Source: Octopus vulgaris (taxonomy: Eukaryota). From it: a stretch of DNA of 64,000 nt. Numbering within the stretch: the stretch's first letter is position 1; each line of letters starts with the position of its first letter. Both the position numbers and the translations under genes were made by a program. Positions 1-13,718 of this stretch are shown here, in pieces. Below the pieces are notes generated by a model. The model made no database searches. It worked only from the letters and a program-made list of their open reading frames with translations, and had not been told where the DNA came from. The stretch covers positions 94,674,001 to 94,738,000 of the forward strand of contig OX597824.1 in the NCBI GenBank assembly GCA_951406725.2, in the 5' to 3' direction.

Positions 1-164
1 GGTCGGAAGTATATCTATCGTTTCAAGAATAGGGTTGTTATCAATTTAGATATTTTCACCAGCGACTATAATCCTCAGTGTTGTTGATATGTATCGGCCG
101 ACATGATTTATAAATCAACAGAAAAGCTAATTATCACAGGCTGTATGTGTCAGCTTTCTTGATA

Positions 165-219
<55 letters not shown>

Positions 220-290
220 ATGCACGCCCACATACAGGCAGGTATGTGCAAACATACATAAAGCAGGGCCACTGACAGGAATTTTATCAT

Positions 291-696
291 ACTTTCTTTA
301 CTCTTTTACTTGTTTCAGTCATTTGACTGCGGCCATGCTGGAGCACCACCTTTAGTTGAGCAACTCGACCCCGGGACTTATTCTTTGTAAGCCCAGTACT
401 TATTCTATCGGTCTCTTTTGCCGAACTGCTAAGTGACGGGGACATAAACACACCAGCATCGGTTGTCAAGCAATGCTAGGGGGACAAACACAGACACACA
501 AGCACACACACACACATATATATATACATATATACGACAGGCTTCTTTCAGTTTCCGTCTACCAAATCCACTCACAAGGCATTGGTCGGCCCGGGGCTAT
601 AGTAGAAGACACTTGCCCAAGATGCCACGGCGTGGGACTGAACCCGGAACCATGTGGTTGGTAAGCAAGCTACTTACCACACAGCCACTCCTGCGC
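291..696 (-). mobile_element. tRNA-derived SINE family A, full-length copy (~400 bp, internal TA/TG tract)
   Basis: Minus strand begins GGCGCAGGAGTGGCTGTGTGGTAAG...GGTTCAGTCCCA (A/B-box-like) and ends GACTGAAACAAGTAAAAGAG. More than 20 full or partial copies occur in the window. Confidence 0.85.
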
Positions 697-839
697 CTGG
701 AGTTCATAGTTCCATTTGGGAGCCCATTTCCCAAAATGTGAATGTTAGTTTTCAATAGCTGCAAAAATTTTCTGAGATCCCAGGAAATTTCCAAATCCAG
801 GTTCAACACTGTTCCTGCAAACACTTTTATATGCCTTCA

Positions 840-1153
840 CAGGAGCACTCCGTCGGTTGCGACGACGAGGGTGTCAGCTGATACGATAAACGGAACAGCT
901 TGCTCGTGAAATTAACGTGCAAGTGGCTGAGCCCTCCACAGACACGTGCACCCTTAATGTAGTTCTCAGGGAGATTCAGTGTGACCCAGAGTGTGACAAG
1001 GCTGGCCCCTTTGAAATACAGGTACAACTCATTTTTGCCAGCTGAGTGGAGTGGAGCAACGTGAAATAAAGTGTCTTGCTAAGGACACAACGCACTACCA
1101 GGAATCGAACACACAACCCTACGATCGTGAGCCGAATGCCCCTAACCACTAAG

Positions 1154-1155
<2 letters not shown>
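840..1155 (-). mobile_element. tRNA-derived SINE family C (long-tail subfamily)
   Basis: Minus strand GTGGCTTAGTGGTTAGGG...GTTCGATTCC head, then TTGTGTCCTTAGCAAGACACTTTATTTCAC. Related copies at 7286-7590, 13785-14000, 55196-55476 and 61337-61655. Confidence 0.8.
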
Positions 1156-1187
<32 letters not shown>

Positions 1188-1268
1188 TGTATATGAAAAT
1201 ATGTGCATAAGCGCACAGAATAATACCTGTGTCAGCGCGCGCGCGTGTATCTGTGCAGAATGCAATAG

Positions 1269-1506
1269 ACAGTGAATCCCTCGCCGTATCGCGGTTCACC
1301 TATCGCGGTTTATTGTTTAGGATTACGTCGATTCCTCTGTGGTGTTGCTTTACATGTATAATGAAATAAATATATACGAATTATAGAAATAATTTTTTTT
1401 AAATATATACAGTACAGTACTGTTTCTACTTTGCGGATTTTCACCTAACGCAGTTGGGGTAGGGGTTTTATGAACGTAACACCCGCGATTGTCGAGGGGT
1501 TACTGT
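1269..1506. mobile_element. Tigger/pogo-like MITE
   Basis: Imperfect TIRs acagtgaatccctcgccgtatcgcgg and ccgcgattgtcgaggggttactgt, with TA at the right flank. Confidence 0.65.
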
Positions 1507-1531
1507 ATATATGTGTGTATGCGTAGATACA

Positions 1532-1942
<411 letters not shown>

Positions 1943-3120
1943 ATGCAATTAGAACAAATCTAATACTTTTTTCCGTTTCTTCACTTATTAATAAAAATAA
2001 AGGGAGCTAACTCTTATCAACTTGTGTTCGGTGCCAAAATTTTCTTATTTCTTTTTTTTTATTTGTATATTTTATTCCTTTGTTTTGATTTTTGATTGTT
2101 TTTATTCCTCGTAAAATGGTTTTCGTCGGATATTTGTCGCAATACAAATGAAGGGCAGGAGAAAAACCAGGCCTTATGTTTCTGATAATAAACCTACAAA
2201 TAGGATGCTGACGGGATTATCCACAGGGAAGGGTTCGATTCTTACTGCTGCTCCTGATGCTGTCTTTGTTGCTGTTGTTGTTGTTGTTGTTTAACCAAGG
2301 GCAGCCCTGGTCCGGCAGAGCAACGAAGACAATCCAGTTGTGACCGTCCTGTCTTTATTAAAAACATAATGGTACTTGAGGCTACATTATCCAATCTGTC
2401 ATTTTATTTTTTAATGTCTATAAGGATAGATATGTGGGACATTTGACTGCTGCTTCTAGCATAGTGCCTCCCTCTATGGTGCGATTCCTATAGTGGCTGC
2501 AGGCAGTAGTCGAGATGTACTGGACTTTTACCTTTTGACCGACAGATTTAAAAATTAATTTTTATAACTAAACACTTTCAAACTTCGAATGTGTCATAAA
2601 AAACATCTTTTAATCTTAACGTTTTTGAGAAAAGCTTATATTTAGGAAGTTATTTCACGTTAAAGTTGACGTATTTCGGTAATTTCAACCAATTAATATA
2701 TATATGTAGTTGTTGTTTAAAGGCAGTAATTTTATTCAGCTGAAGGTGGCATTGTGCAATGTGTTGTACTTCTTATTTCTTTACTGCCCAGAAGGGGCTA
2801 CACACAGAGGGGACAAACAAGGAGAGACAAACGGATTAAGTTGATTATATCGAACCCAGTGCGTAACTGGTACTTACTTGATCTTGGTTTGCAAGATTCT
2901 TTATGTGAGTTCGTGTGTTGATGCATATTCTGTTGTGCCTGGGGAGAGTCATTTTCTTTTTGTGCCTTATAATGTAACACACTCACCGTCCTAGGAAAAT
3001 AAAAATAACAATAGCAAATAAGTAGAAATTTTACAAGTGACTGTGTTAAATTATAAGACACAAAAAGAAAATGACTCTCCAGACACATGATAATAAGTTA
3101 TTGTATTTATGAATAAATGT

Positions 3121-3370
3121 GGAGGCGCGTGGCTTAGTGGTTAGGGCGTCAGCATCATGATCGTAAGATTGTGGTTTCGATACCTGGACTGGGCGACGCA
3201 TTGTGCTCTTGAGCAAAACACTTCATTTCACGTTGCTCCAGTCCACTCAGCTGGCAAAAATGAGTAACGCTGCGATGGACTGGCGTCCCATCCAGCTGGG
3301 GAACACATACGCCATAAAAACCGGGAAACTGAGCCTAAGAGCCTGGCTAGGCTTGAAAAGGGCACATTTA
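3121..3370 (+). mobile_element. SINE family C (second tail subfamily)
   Basis: Same head as 840-1155 but with tail gcgatggactggcgtcccatccagctgggg...gcctggctaggct. Copies at 6330-6537 (-) and 23284-23522 (+). Confidence 0.8.
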
Positions 3371-5833
3371 TTATTTATTTTTTTATATGAATAAATATAT
3401 GAATAAATTCTTTCTCCAATTTGATTAAATTAGTATGTTTGGGGTTGTCTGTAAAATACAGACGTAATTTCCGTAATTTTTAGAAAACCGTATTATGGAT
3501 TTCGCACGAACATAAGTTTGAGAATTGATGGCTCGTATGAAATTGGCTCCTTTAGAGAGCCACATGCATCACAGCGTTCCTTTCATCACTGCCAAACTTC
3601 ACTCAAATTCTAGAGATATAGGAAACAACTACTTGTTCCGTGCGTGAAGTATTACTTCTAAAAGTGCAAACATCTGAAGAACCGTTATGCCAAATTAAGC
3701 TATCAACATGTTGTAGGAATAATTACCTTGAGAGTTCATTGAAAATCAAGATATTGTTAGGAAATGGTTTGGCAACAGACGCAGTAGCAGATATGATTTA
3801 TTCTTCAAAACGAAAGTTTACCGCAATTGAATATGAATGCACTTATACAGTTGCATCAAAGAATGGTAAACATTTCACTCGGTCTTCTTTTAATTCTATT
3901 TCGATTTTCGATTTCAGGTTCTTGAGACGAATGGCTTCCAAACTTACTTTGTTGCGGAACCCTTGTACAATATTCCAAAAATCGTGGAACCCATTGCTTT
4001 GTTGAACTCTGGTTATGTTGGGTTTTAATTGAACAAATTGACCCCAATTCTGACGTTTTTTAAGGTCGATACTTATTCTATTATTTTCGCGAAACCTCTA
4101 AGTTACAGGGACGTAAACAAACCAACACTGCAAAGAACATACATGCGCACACATGTATGATGGGATTCCACATAGTTTCCTCCACCAAATTCGCTCACAA
4201 GATTTTAATCAGCCCAGAGTTTTAGTAGAAGACACTTTCCCAAGATGCCGCACATTGAGATTGAACCCAAAACCACGCAATTAGGAAGGAAGTTTCTTAA
4301 CCACACAGTCATGTCTATTTTACAGATTCCTGGCAACATAATTTTAATATAAAATATTAAATGAAACAAAAACTCTTTTGAAGAGAAAAAAACTTGTAAT
4401 AACTTATGGTAATAAAACCAAGAATACCGTGTTCCATTAAAAGACATCTCATCTTTTGGCATCCAAGGACTTTTCTCGGAATCCTGGGGTTCTGATCGAT
4501 ATTTCAGAATTGTTTCGATTTTACCACATTATAATTCGAGTACCACTGGACTGGCTCCTGGGCAGGTGGCACATAAAAAACACCATTTGAACGTGGCTGT
4601 TGCCAGTACCACCTGAGTGGCCCTCATGCCGGTGGCACGTTAAAGCACCCACTACACCCTTGGAGTGGTTGGTGTTAGGAAGGGCATCCAGCTGTAGAAA
4701 CTTTGCCAGATCAAGATTGGAGTCTGGTGCAGCCATCTGATTCGCCAGACCTCAGTGAAATCATCCAACCCATGCTAGCATGGAAAGCAGACGTTAAACA
4801 ATGATGATGATGATGACTTCAGAATTACTTCTTTTATTAGAGTTTCTTCTCTACTGTTTCTGAACTTGAACACAACAAGAAGCAATTAGACAGTTCCTTG
4901 CCGTAGCAGTTTTCCCCATTTTCATAATCCTCGGTGCTTTGACGTTTCGCAGCCGACTCAATCCTTGAACATAGTTTCTATATACTCACCTGATTAAAGT
5001 GAACTCGCTCTTATGACATTTAGTTCTTCAATCCGACATTGTACCACACTCACCATCTGCGTGCTTCGTTCGAGAAATGACAGGAACTGTTGATTGCTAA
5101 CGAGAATTTAGTTGCAGGTGATAATGTGTAGTATTTCTGGACCTAATTGTGATTCTCTGTTTGTTTGCGAATTAGTTACACACACACACACACACACACA
5201 CTTACACACACACACACAAACACACACACACAAACACACACACACACACCTACGTACACGCACACATATACAGGAGGTGATCGAAAATGCTATGATTCAT
5301 TTCACTTCGTTTTCATCAGTGAGGCCTCTTCATTATATTAGTACATGGTATCGCCTTGGCTTGGCTTTGATATTTAGAGTTGAGCGTCAGCAGAGGAGAA
5401 GAAGAGAAATGTATTATTAAGGGAGAGTGATAGGCAAACGAGAGGAAGACAAAAATGCCGGTTGTTGTTTTGGAAGGCGGTTGATAAGCGCATTGTTTTG
5501 AGATTAGTAGCATTGCTAGCTTGAAGTGTGTCGGGGGGAAAGTAATGCACACGAGAAACAACATTTGTAAACATCTAATGAGTAAATAATTGAGAGAGAG
5601 AAATGGAGTGGAAGAAAAATGAAAATAAATAAATTTGAGAGTAAATTGTATTAACAAGAGTATAATAATGGTTTTCTGGTGTTGGCATAATTGCATCTCT
5701 ATTCTGACTTTTGTGTGGGAGTTGAAAAGCATCGTTAAACAGAAATTATTTAAATTAGTAAACAACTGCTCCCTCTTGTGAGAGTATTTAAAATCTAAGA
5801 ACAACAACCATTGGAGATAACTAGAATAAAATA

Positions 5834-6062
5834 AGGCGGCGAGCTGGCAGAAACGTTAGCACACCGGGCGAAATGCTTAGCGGTATTGCGTCTGTCGTTG
5901 CGTTCTGAGTTCAAATTCTGCCGAGGTCGACTTTGCCTTTCATCCTTTTGAGGTCGATAAATTAAGTACCAGTTACGCACTGGGGTCGATGTAATCGACT
6001 TAATCCCTTTGTCTGTCCTTGTTTGTCCCCTCTATGTTTGGCCCCTTGTGGGTAGTAAAGAA
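5834..6062 (+). mobile_element. SINE family B (tRNA-like head plus MetaSINE-like core)
   Basis: GGCGAGCTGGCAGAAACGTTAG...GAGTTCAAATTC head, then GGTCGACTTTGCCTTTCATCCTTTTGAGGTCGATAAATTAAGTACCAG, which resembles the Meta domain as I recall it. Confidence 0.75.
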
Positions 6063-8947
6063 TCAGATAACTAGAATAAAATTAGTTCATTGAAATGTTT
6101 GGATAATAGAGACAATAAAAAAAAGTAACAGAGGGACTATTTTCAAGTGTATAGAATGCACCCTCGCATAGGACGCACTCCCGTTTTACAAATGTATTTG
6201 TGCAAAACACAGAAACTCAGTAAGCTTCAAACACTTATTAAAAGATATTTTTAAGTGATTTTTAGGTGAAACCGTACGGTTCTATGCATGCAAATGCAGT
6301 GCTGTGACTGTAAATAATAATAAATTCACCCTTTTAAAGCCTAGCCAGGCTCATGGGCCCGGTTTCCCGGTTTCTATGACGTATGTGTCCCCCAGCTGGA
6401 CGGGACACTAGTCCATCGCAGCATTACTCATTTTTGCCAGCAGAGTGGACTGGAGCAACGTGAAATGAAGTGTTTTGCTCAAAAACACGCGTCGCCCGGT
6501 CCAGGAATCGAAACCACAATCTTACAATCATGATGCCTGTGACAGCGTACTGGTATAAAATAAGAAACCATGAATTTATCATAAATAAACTATGTTAAAG
6601 TAGTTTAACCATATTTCAACTTAATATTACTGCATATACTTTATATGCACTTTCTGACAAGTTGTGGTGCACCTGAGCACTGTATACAATAATTTCATTA
6701 TTATATTATTATTATAATCTTTCAGATCAGCTGCAGAATTGTTTATATTTTGGTCGAAAGAATTGCCATAGAGGATGTAAAACATATTTCTGGCTATGAT
6801 GTTTTGTGAAACTGCGATCATCCACCAGGGTGGTGCACCACGGCTATGATTTTGTTGTCATCCACTTGTTGCAAATGGCTGATGAAAGCTTGCTAACATT
6901 CCTTTCATCTTTCTAAGAAAATTCTTCTCTTAGACAATTTTTTTTCAATGTTTCTTAAAGGTAATGAGTTATTAAATTATGTCAGACATTATCAAGTATG
7001 GATTATATCTGCTAAGGAAGGAGATATGATGAGATGCTGTGACCTCTCCACATAACTGATGATGTACTGTAAGAAATTTTTCGTAAGGCTGTGCTAACAG
7101 ACTAATATTTTGGCTTCTGCTCAGCATTTTATTATTAATAACAATTATTGTACCTCGCGGATTAATAGATAATGAGTATTAGAAGAAAACAGAAGAGGTT
7201 TAATCCTTTGCCTGTCCTGTGTATCATGATACACAGGACACAAATGTCCATGCATCATATATGATATATACAGGATAAATATATAAAGGCATGTGGCTTA
7301 GTGGTTAGGGCATTCACCTCATGATCGTAAGGTCGTGAGTTCAATTCCTGGCGACGCGTTGTGTCCTTGAGCAAGACACTTTATTTCACATTGCTCCAAT
7401 CCACTCAGCTGGTAAAAATGAGTAGTACCTGTATTTCAAAGGGCCAGCCTTGTCACACTCTGTGTCACGCTGAATCTCCCCCAGAACTATGTTATGGGTA
7501 CACGTGTCTGTAGAGGGCTCAGCCACTTGCATGTTAATTTCACAAGTGAGCTGTTCTCTGGGACCCTCGTTGGCATAACCAACAGAGTGCTCCTTTTAGA
7601 TACAGGATATATTTCCCGGATGTTCATGTCTCATAAATGATAGTTACCCCCTTTTTTGGTTTTTTTAACCAGCAGAATAACTTGGGAGTTATGAAAGAAA
7701 ACTTTATATTACTAAAAACGTACGGAACAAGGGTTAACTAAAAATCTGAGGACAAGCTTGGGTGCTTTGGACAAACTTATGAAAATACTTTAGACAGACA
7801 AAGGGTTAAGAGGAAAGAAGACAGTGCAGAGTTTAGATGCAATGAAATGTTGATATGAGAAAGAGAGAGAGAGAGAGAGATAGGGAGAGCGAGAGAGAGA
7901 GAGGGAGAGAGAGAGAACTCTGCGGGATATGATATCACTAAAGTAATATGATATGAATGTTTCATAATCAGGTAAGTCGCTGAATGAGCTTGTGCCTTCA
8001 TGAACCTTACCCATTGATATTCTTGGTATGAAAGGATCACTTTACATACTCACAGAGAAAAAAAAATCCTTAAAACAAACTGTTTTTCTGTTGTGGAACC
8101 CATAAATGGAATTCTTAGAGTGAAGTTCTAACAATTTTGTATCAAGATGTTCATCCTTCGATAGGGTAGGTTTACTATTGAACCGCAGATAAAACACACG
8201 CTTGTTAGTCATACTAGTAGCAAAGGCTTTCTTTTATCTTTAAGCGTCCATCTTTTACTTGTTTCAGTCGTTGTACCACGGCCATGCTGGGGCACCACTT
8301 TGAAGAGTTTAATCAAACAAATCACTACCAATACTTATTTTTATTTTTATAGTAAAACTGGTACTTGTTCTATTGGTCTCTGTTAACGGACTGCTAGCTT
8401 ACTGTGAGGACGTAAACAAACCAACACCAGCTAACAAACGGTGGATGGGGACAAACACAAGCACAAAGGCACACACAAGTACAACATGGATTTTCCGGAG
8501 CCTTTCCAGTCCCAAAGCCTTTCCGGTTTATTGATTTTCTTTTTTTCCAAACCAAGGACAGGTCACCTTAGTGAACATACTCTAAATTAAACAAATATTA
8601 AATTTACTTAATTAAATGAAATACAGGTATCACCTGTATGATGGTGTAAATTAGTGTTGACTATAAGAGGTTCTGGGACATTAGTGTCCGGAAATCAGTG
8701 TGTGTGTGTGTGTATACGTGCACACACAGTTTCCGTCTACCAAATTCCCTAGAAAGCTATTGCTTGACCTGGGACTACAGTAGAAGGAAGTTGCGCAAGA
8801 TACTGTGGAGTAGGATTGAACCCAAATCCACGTGGTTACAAAGCCATGTCTGCACAAAATATTTTGTATCATGGTTTTTGTCCTGCGGTGGGGTAAGGTA
8901 AACTGTGGTCCCACTGACGCTACATATGTATAGCATTCAATCCAGTT

Positions 8948-9870
8948 TCAAATTTTAGCAGAGGGACACCAATTTTGAGGAGAGGGTAAATTAATTACAT
9001 CAACCCCTAGCACTCAACTAATGCTTATTTTATCGACCTCGAAAGGATAGAAGGCAAACTCAACCTTGACCAAATTTGAACTCAGGGCACAAAGACGGAC
9101 AAAATGCCACTAAGCATATTGTCCGTTATACCAACGATTCTTCAAGCTCACTGCCTTGTATTCTTTTCTACTCTAGGCTCAAGTCCCAAAATTTGGGGGG
9201 AGGTGGTGGGGGGTAGTCAATTAGATTGACCCCAGTATGCAACTGATACTTAATTTATTAAACCCGAAACAATGAAAGGCAAAGTCGACCTCAGCGGAAT
9301 TTGAACTCAGAACATAAAGACAGATGAAATATCGCTTAGCTTTTTGCCCAGTATGCTAACGTTTCTTTTTTCTTTATTGCCCACAAGGGGCTAAACATAG
9401 AGGGGACAAACAAAGACAGAAAAAGGGATTAAGCTGATTACATCGACCCCAGTGCGTAACTGATACTTAATTTATCGACCCCGAAAGGATGAAAGGCAAA
9501 GTCAACCTCAGTGGAATTTGAACTCTGAACGTAAAGACAGACGAAATACCGCTAAGCATTTCACCTGGCGTACTAACATTTCTGCCAGCTTGCCCCCTTG
9601 CATTTCGTTCATAAAGGGCTCTTTTACTGTCAGATGTAACGCATTATATATTGATTTCGAATTTTGGCACAAAGCCAGCAATTCCAAGAGGGAGGGTCTA
9701 CATCGATTACATCAACCCAAGTGCATAACTGGTACTTATTTTATTGGCTCCAAAAAGCTGCAAGGCAAAGTCAACCTTGACAACATTTCAACTCAAGAAC
9801 TTAAAGACGGACGAAATGCCGCTAAGCATTTTGCCTGGCTTGCCAAAGACTCTGCCAGCTCATCACCTGG
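8948..9870 (-). mobile_element. Cluster of about 4 head-to-tail SINE family B copies
   Basis: Repeated gaaaggcaaagtcgacc...aatttgaactcag...gctaagcattt units. Confidence 0.8.
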
Positions 9871-10005
9871 TATTGCGTTCATAAAGGACTCTTTTACTCT
9901 CAGATCTAAAGCACTGCTGAGTTTCCATCCTGAGCATCCGTCTGAGCACATTATGATACTAAATTTCTTACTCACAGTTCAGAGTTAACCTGTTTTTTCT
10001 TTATT

Positions 10006-10406
10006 GCTCTTTTACTCTTTTACTTGTTTCAGTCATTTGAATGCGGCCATGCTAGAGCACCGCCTTTAGTGGAGCAAATTGACTCCAGGACTTATTCTTT
10101 GTTTGCCTAGTACTTATTCTATTGGTCTCTTTTGCTGAACCGCTAAGTTACAGGGACGTAAACACACCAGCATCAGCTGTCAAGCGATGTTGAGGGAACA
10201 AACATAGACACAAACACACACACACAAACACACACACACAAACATGACAGGCTTCTTTCAGTTTCCACCTACCAAATCCACTCACAAGGCTTTGGTCAGC
10301 CTGAGGCTATAGTAGAAGACACTTGCCCACGGTGCCATGCTGTGGGACTGAACCCGGAACCATGTGGTTGGTAAGCAAGCTACTCACCACACCACCACTC
10401 CTGCAC
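10006..10406 (-). mobile_element. SINE family A copy
   Basis: Colinear with 291-696. Confidence 0.85.
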
Positions 10407-11099
10407 CTATCTGGTAACATTTTTATAACAAATCATTCCATTCCTATTGAGGTGGCCAAAAGTCAACAATGTATTGAAGTATTGAATCAAAAGAATCTAA
10501 ACCCTTTTAATCCAATCTCTTGTCGCCACATAAAGTCAACTTTTTAATGGGGAGATAACCCAGTTTTTTAATGGCAATTTTTTTATGGGGTGAGATAACC
10601 AAAAGGTACTGGATTTTCTTTGTACCTTTATATGCCACTTCATATGGGATTTTATGAAGCGGATGAAGGTGTAGTCGGAGAGAAACGGTCTCTGAAACCA
10701 AGTTAGAGCGTCGGACAAAACGTCTGCAGTATTTAGTTGGGGCTCTAACGTACTGTGTTCAAATCTTGCTGAAGTCAACTTTATCTTTCATTCTTCTAGG
10801 GCCAATAAAATAAAATGCCGGAGATAATGCAATTTTTTCAGGTAATTTTTTAATGGGGGTGAGATAACCAAAAAGTACCAAATAATGAATGCATCATAAC
10901 CAATACATAGAATGTAGATGTCTTTAATTGTAGCTTCAAGGTCGTACATATATTTAATATGGGATGGAACCGATCACACTTCTCAGTGTTGGTCATGGCT
11001 GGGTTAGAGTACATTGGGATGGTGCATCTCTGCCATTACATCTGAAATACTAAACATAAAGGAACGGCCATGGGTGAAACGCTTTTCATCATCGGTTTA

Positions 11100-11321
11100 T
11101 GCTCTCTCTCTCTCTATCGGTCTCCCTCCTTCTCTGTCTCTCCTTATCTGCCTCTTCTTCTCTCTTTCTCTGTCTACTCTTTCTCTTTTTCGTTTCTCCC
11201 TCTCTTTCTATCTATCTATCTATTTCAACTCTCTTTCTCGCTACTTTCTCTCTCTCACTGCTCTGTCTTCCTCGTTACTCTCTCTCTCTCTCTCTGTCTC
11301 TTTCTCACTACTCTCTCCGTT

Positions 11322-11388
<67 letters not shown>

Positions 11389-11395
11389 TACACAC
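11100..11395. repeat. Degenerate (CT)n then (CA)n microsatellite
   Basis: Directly visible. Confidence 0.95.
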
Positions 11396-11687
11396 GTACA
11401 TATTGCTATGCTATATTTCCCCCAACCTTTTAAAATATAATATAAAAGAATGAAAAACTCCGAATCCTGTCTGAAAAATTGTGATTCAAAACAGATAATT
11501 AAAAAACAGATAATTAAAAAAAATTCGTTTGACATTTTTCGGTTTAATTCAATACGTAAATGAATTGCTGTGGATTTGGGGAAAAAAAGGGGTTCTACGC
11601 TTTTGTTGGTCTTCCAGGTTTCAAGGGAGGTAACTCGACTATCATTTTTATGTTGTGGCTTTTGTTTTGCGTGTGGGTGTGTATGTA

Positions 11688-11900
11688 GTTGGTTGGTCGG
11701 TCGGTCGGCCGGCTAGCTGGTTGGTTTGTTGGTCGGTCGGTTAGTCGGCTGGCTGGTCGGTCGGTCGGTCGGTCAGTCGGTCGGTCGGCTGGTTGGTCGG
11801 TCGGTTAGTCGGTTGGCTGGTTGGTTGGTTGGCTGGTTAGGTTTAGTTGGCTGGTTGGTCGGTCGGTCGGCTGGCTGATTGGTTGGTTGGTTGGTTGGTT
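11688..11900. repeat. (GGTY)n/(GGCT)n tetranucleotide tract
   Basis: Directly visible. Confidence 0.95.
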
Positions 11901-12150
11901 TCAATATACATCTCGCAGATGCTCTGGGATGTATAGTCAGTGATATTTCTGAGATATCAGCGCCTTTGGTTCTTTAAACATCAGATCCCCTCGCCCATTT
12001 GTTCCAGCAAGTCCCAATTGGCATTCCAACGGCATCAGCCCACTGGGCTTCCCTTTTTATCCAAAACCAACTTATAACTTTTTCTGCAGCTTCAATGATG
12101 GAATTTATAGCCACCGTCCTCTTTGCCGCACCAAAAAACATGTCGGTTGT
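11900..12150 (-). mobile_element. 5'-truncated Hero-like (RLE) non-LTR retrotransposon 3' end
   Basis: Minus-strand AINSIIEAAEKVISWFWIKREAQW resembles the 'AAE.AS.WLW.KR...W' C-terminus of Hero elements. A short 3' UTR runs into an (AACC/GACC)n tract. Confidence 0.6.
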
Positions 12151-12420
12151 CACACTCTTAGCATTTATAAATAGTGTATAACGGAAATACACTAATATTC
12201 TAGTCTATTATTATTACTTAATTAATTGACTCATCAGAGAGGTAGCAGAAAAAGAAATTTTACATTTGGTGGCTGTGTGGTAAGTAGCTTACTTACCAAC
12301 CACTTGGACAAGTGTCTTCTACTATAGCTTCGAGCTGACCAAAGCCTTGTGTGTAGATTTGGTAGATGGAAACTGAAAGAAACCCGTCGTATATATGTGT
12401 GTGTATATATATGTATGTAA

Positions 12421-12454
<34 letters not shown>

Positions 12455-12455
<1 letters not shown>

Positions 12456-13718
12456 GTGAAATAGAAAGATGAATAATCTTGTAGCAGATTAATCAAAAGT
12501 TTAACCGTTACCTTGGTAGCAAAAATCACAGCAGAAGACAGCACGGTTGGAGGTACAACCATATGGTGTTGCAACCGTGCGTTGGTGCGGATAATTGAAT
12601 ATTAATATTATTAGTGAATTGAAGAAATGGAGCTGAACGAAGATTGAACAGAAATCGTTTTATTTCATTCTACACGTGTTTCGAAAGGCACAATTTACCA
12701 AAATCCGATTGAATAATGAGACCATATTGTGTCTTTCTCTTCAGGTAGAAATAGGAAATCCGTTGGAAAGAACAAAAACAGAACAGAGGCGGAGCAAAAC
12801 AAATCGAACTAGGCTCCTAAGAGCCCATGAGCAAACTGTTTATCAGTGTATGTTGAGAACCGGTGGTGGGTGCGTTGAAGATTTTAACGGGTCAGGCAGC
12901 GGTCATTCCTGTGGGTGAGGGTGTGTAGATGTTCTTTGTGACCGAGAGTAAAGTTCTGACTATTTAAAGAATATTGGATGTATTATATGGGACGAGAAAA
13001 AATCTACTTAGAGACATGTGTGTTTACTGTTCTATATATGTGTGCTGTCACAAGTTGGTAAGAAGCGCTATTTTCTGGTCACTGCTGAGAACTCCGTCAA
13101 GGGGTAGAAAACATTTTTTGTGTACGTGTGTGCGTTTGATCGCGCGGCTGTCAGTTGTTAAACAGCTCTACACAATGGTCACTGCAGTAAAAACCGTCGG
13201 GCGGCAGAAAAATATTTTATGTTTTATGTGTGCGTGTGTTCGTCTAATCATGCCTTGTCAAAGAAACCCCCCGTCGTCAAAACAAAACCCCATTCGTCTC
13301 CTGGGAGTAATTCCCCTTGCAGTGGTTAATCGTAATTATCTTAAAGGCTTTTTCAGAATTTATTACCAAGGGCTATTTTCATATAAGTAGTGTAACCGGG
13401 TGCAGATATTATTTATAAGCGTTATTTATAAGCAAGATAAGTATAACGCCGCCAATGGGGGCATCGAAAAGCCAACTGTAAAAGTCCGTTTACCATCCGG
13501 TCTCTGGCGAACAATATATGGAAGAGTTCGGAGACACAAAGGTTGCACTTCCTTCTGCCCCTATCAAATGGGAGGGCCACCGACAAAATTGACCATTCCA
13601 GCCTGTAGCTTGAGTTCATATTCTTCAAATTGTGCCTTTCGAAACACGTGTAGAATGAAATAAAACGATTTCTGTTCAATCTTCATTCAGCTCCATTTCT
13701 TCAATTCACTAATAATAT
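12455..13718. mobile_element. Penelope-like non-autonomous element with an inverted repeat and a hammerhead-like motif
   Basis: 92-bp inverted repeat, 12605-12696 vs 13627-13718 (one mismatch seen). CTGAAGA-stem-GAAAC motif at 12668-12750 (-). Inserted between (TA)n tracts. No RT ORF is visible. Confidence 0.55.

Noticed and set aside
463-741. Recurrent peptides such as RLPNPLTR..SARGYSRRHLPK and EDTCPRCHAVGLNPEPCG that look like a conserved protein family
   Set aside because: These are translations of SINE family A copies, with frameshifts and stops differing between copies.
3121-3195. tRNA-like sequences here and at 21328, 7286 and 23284
   Set aside because: They are SINE heads running into shared SINE bodies; no complete cloverleaf could be formed.
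3640-4005. 121-aa non-repetitive ORF
   Set aside because: No recognisable domain or splice context; possibly a decayed DNA-transposon remnant, but I cannot support a call.
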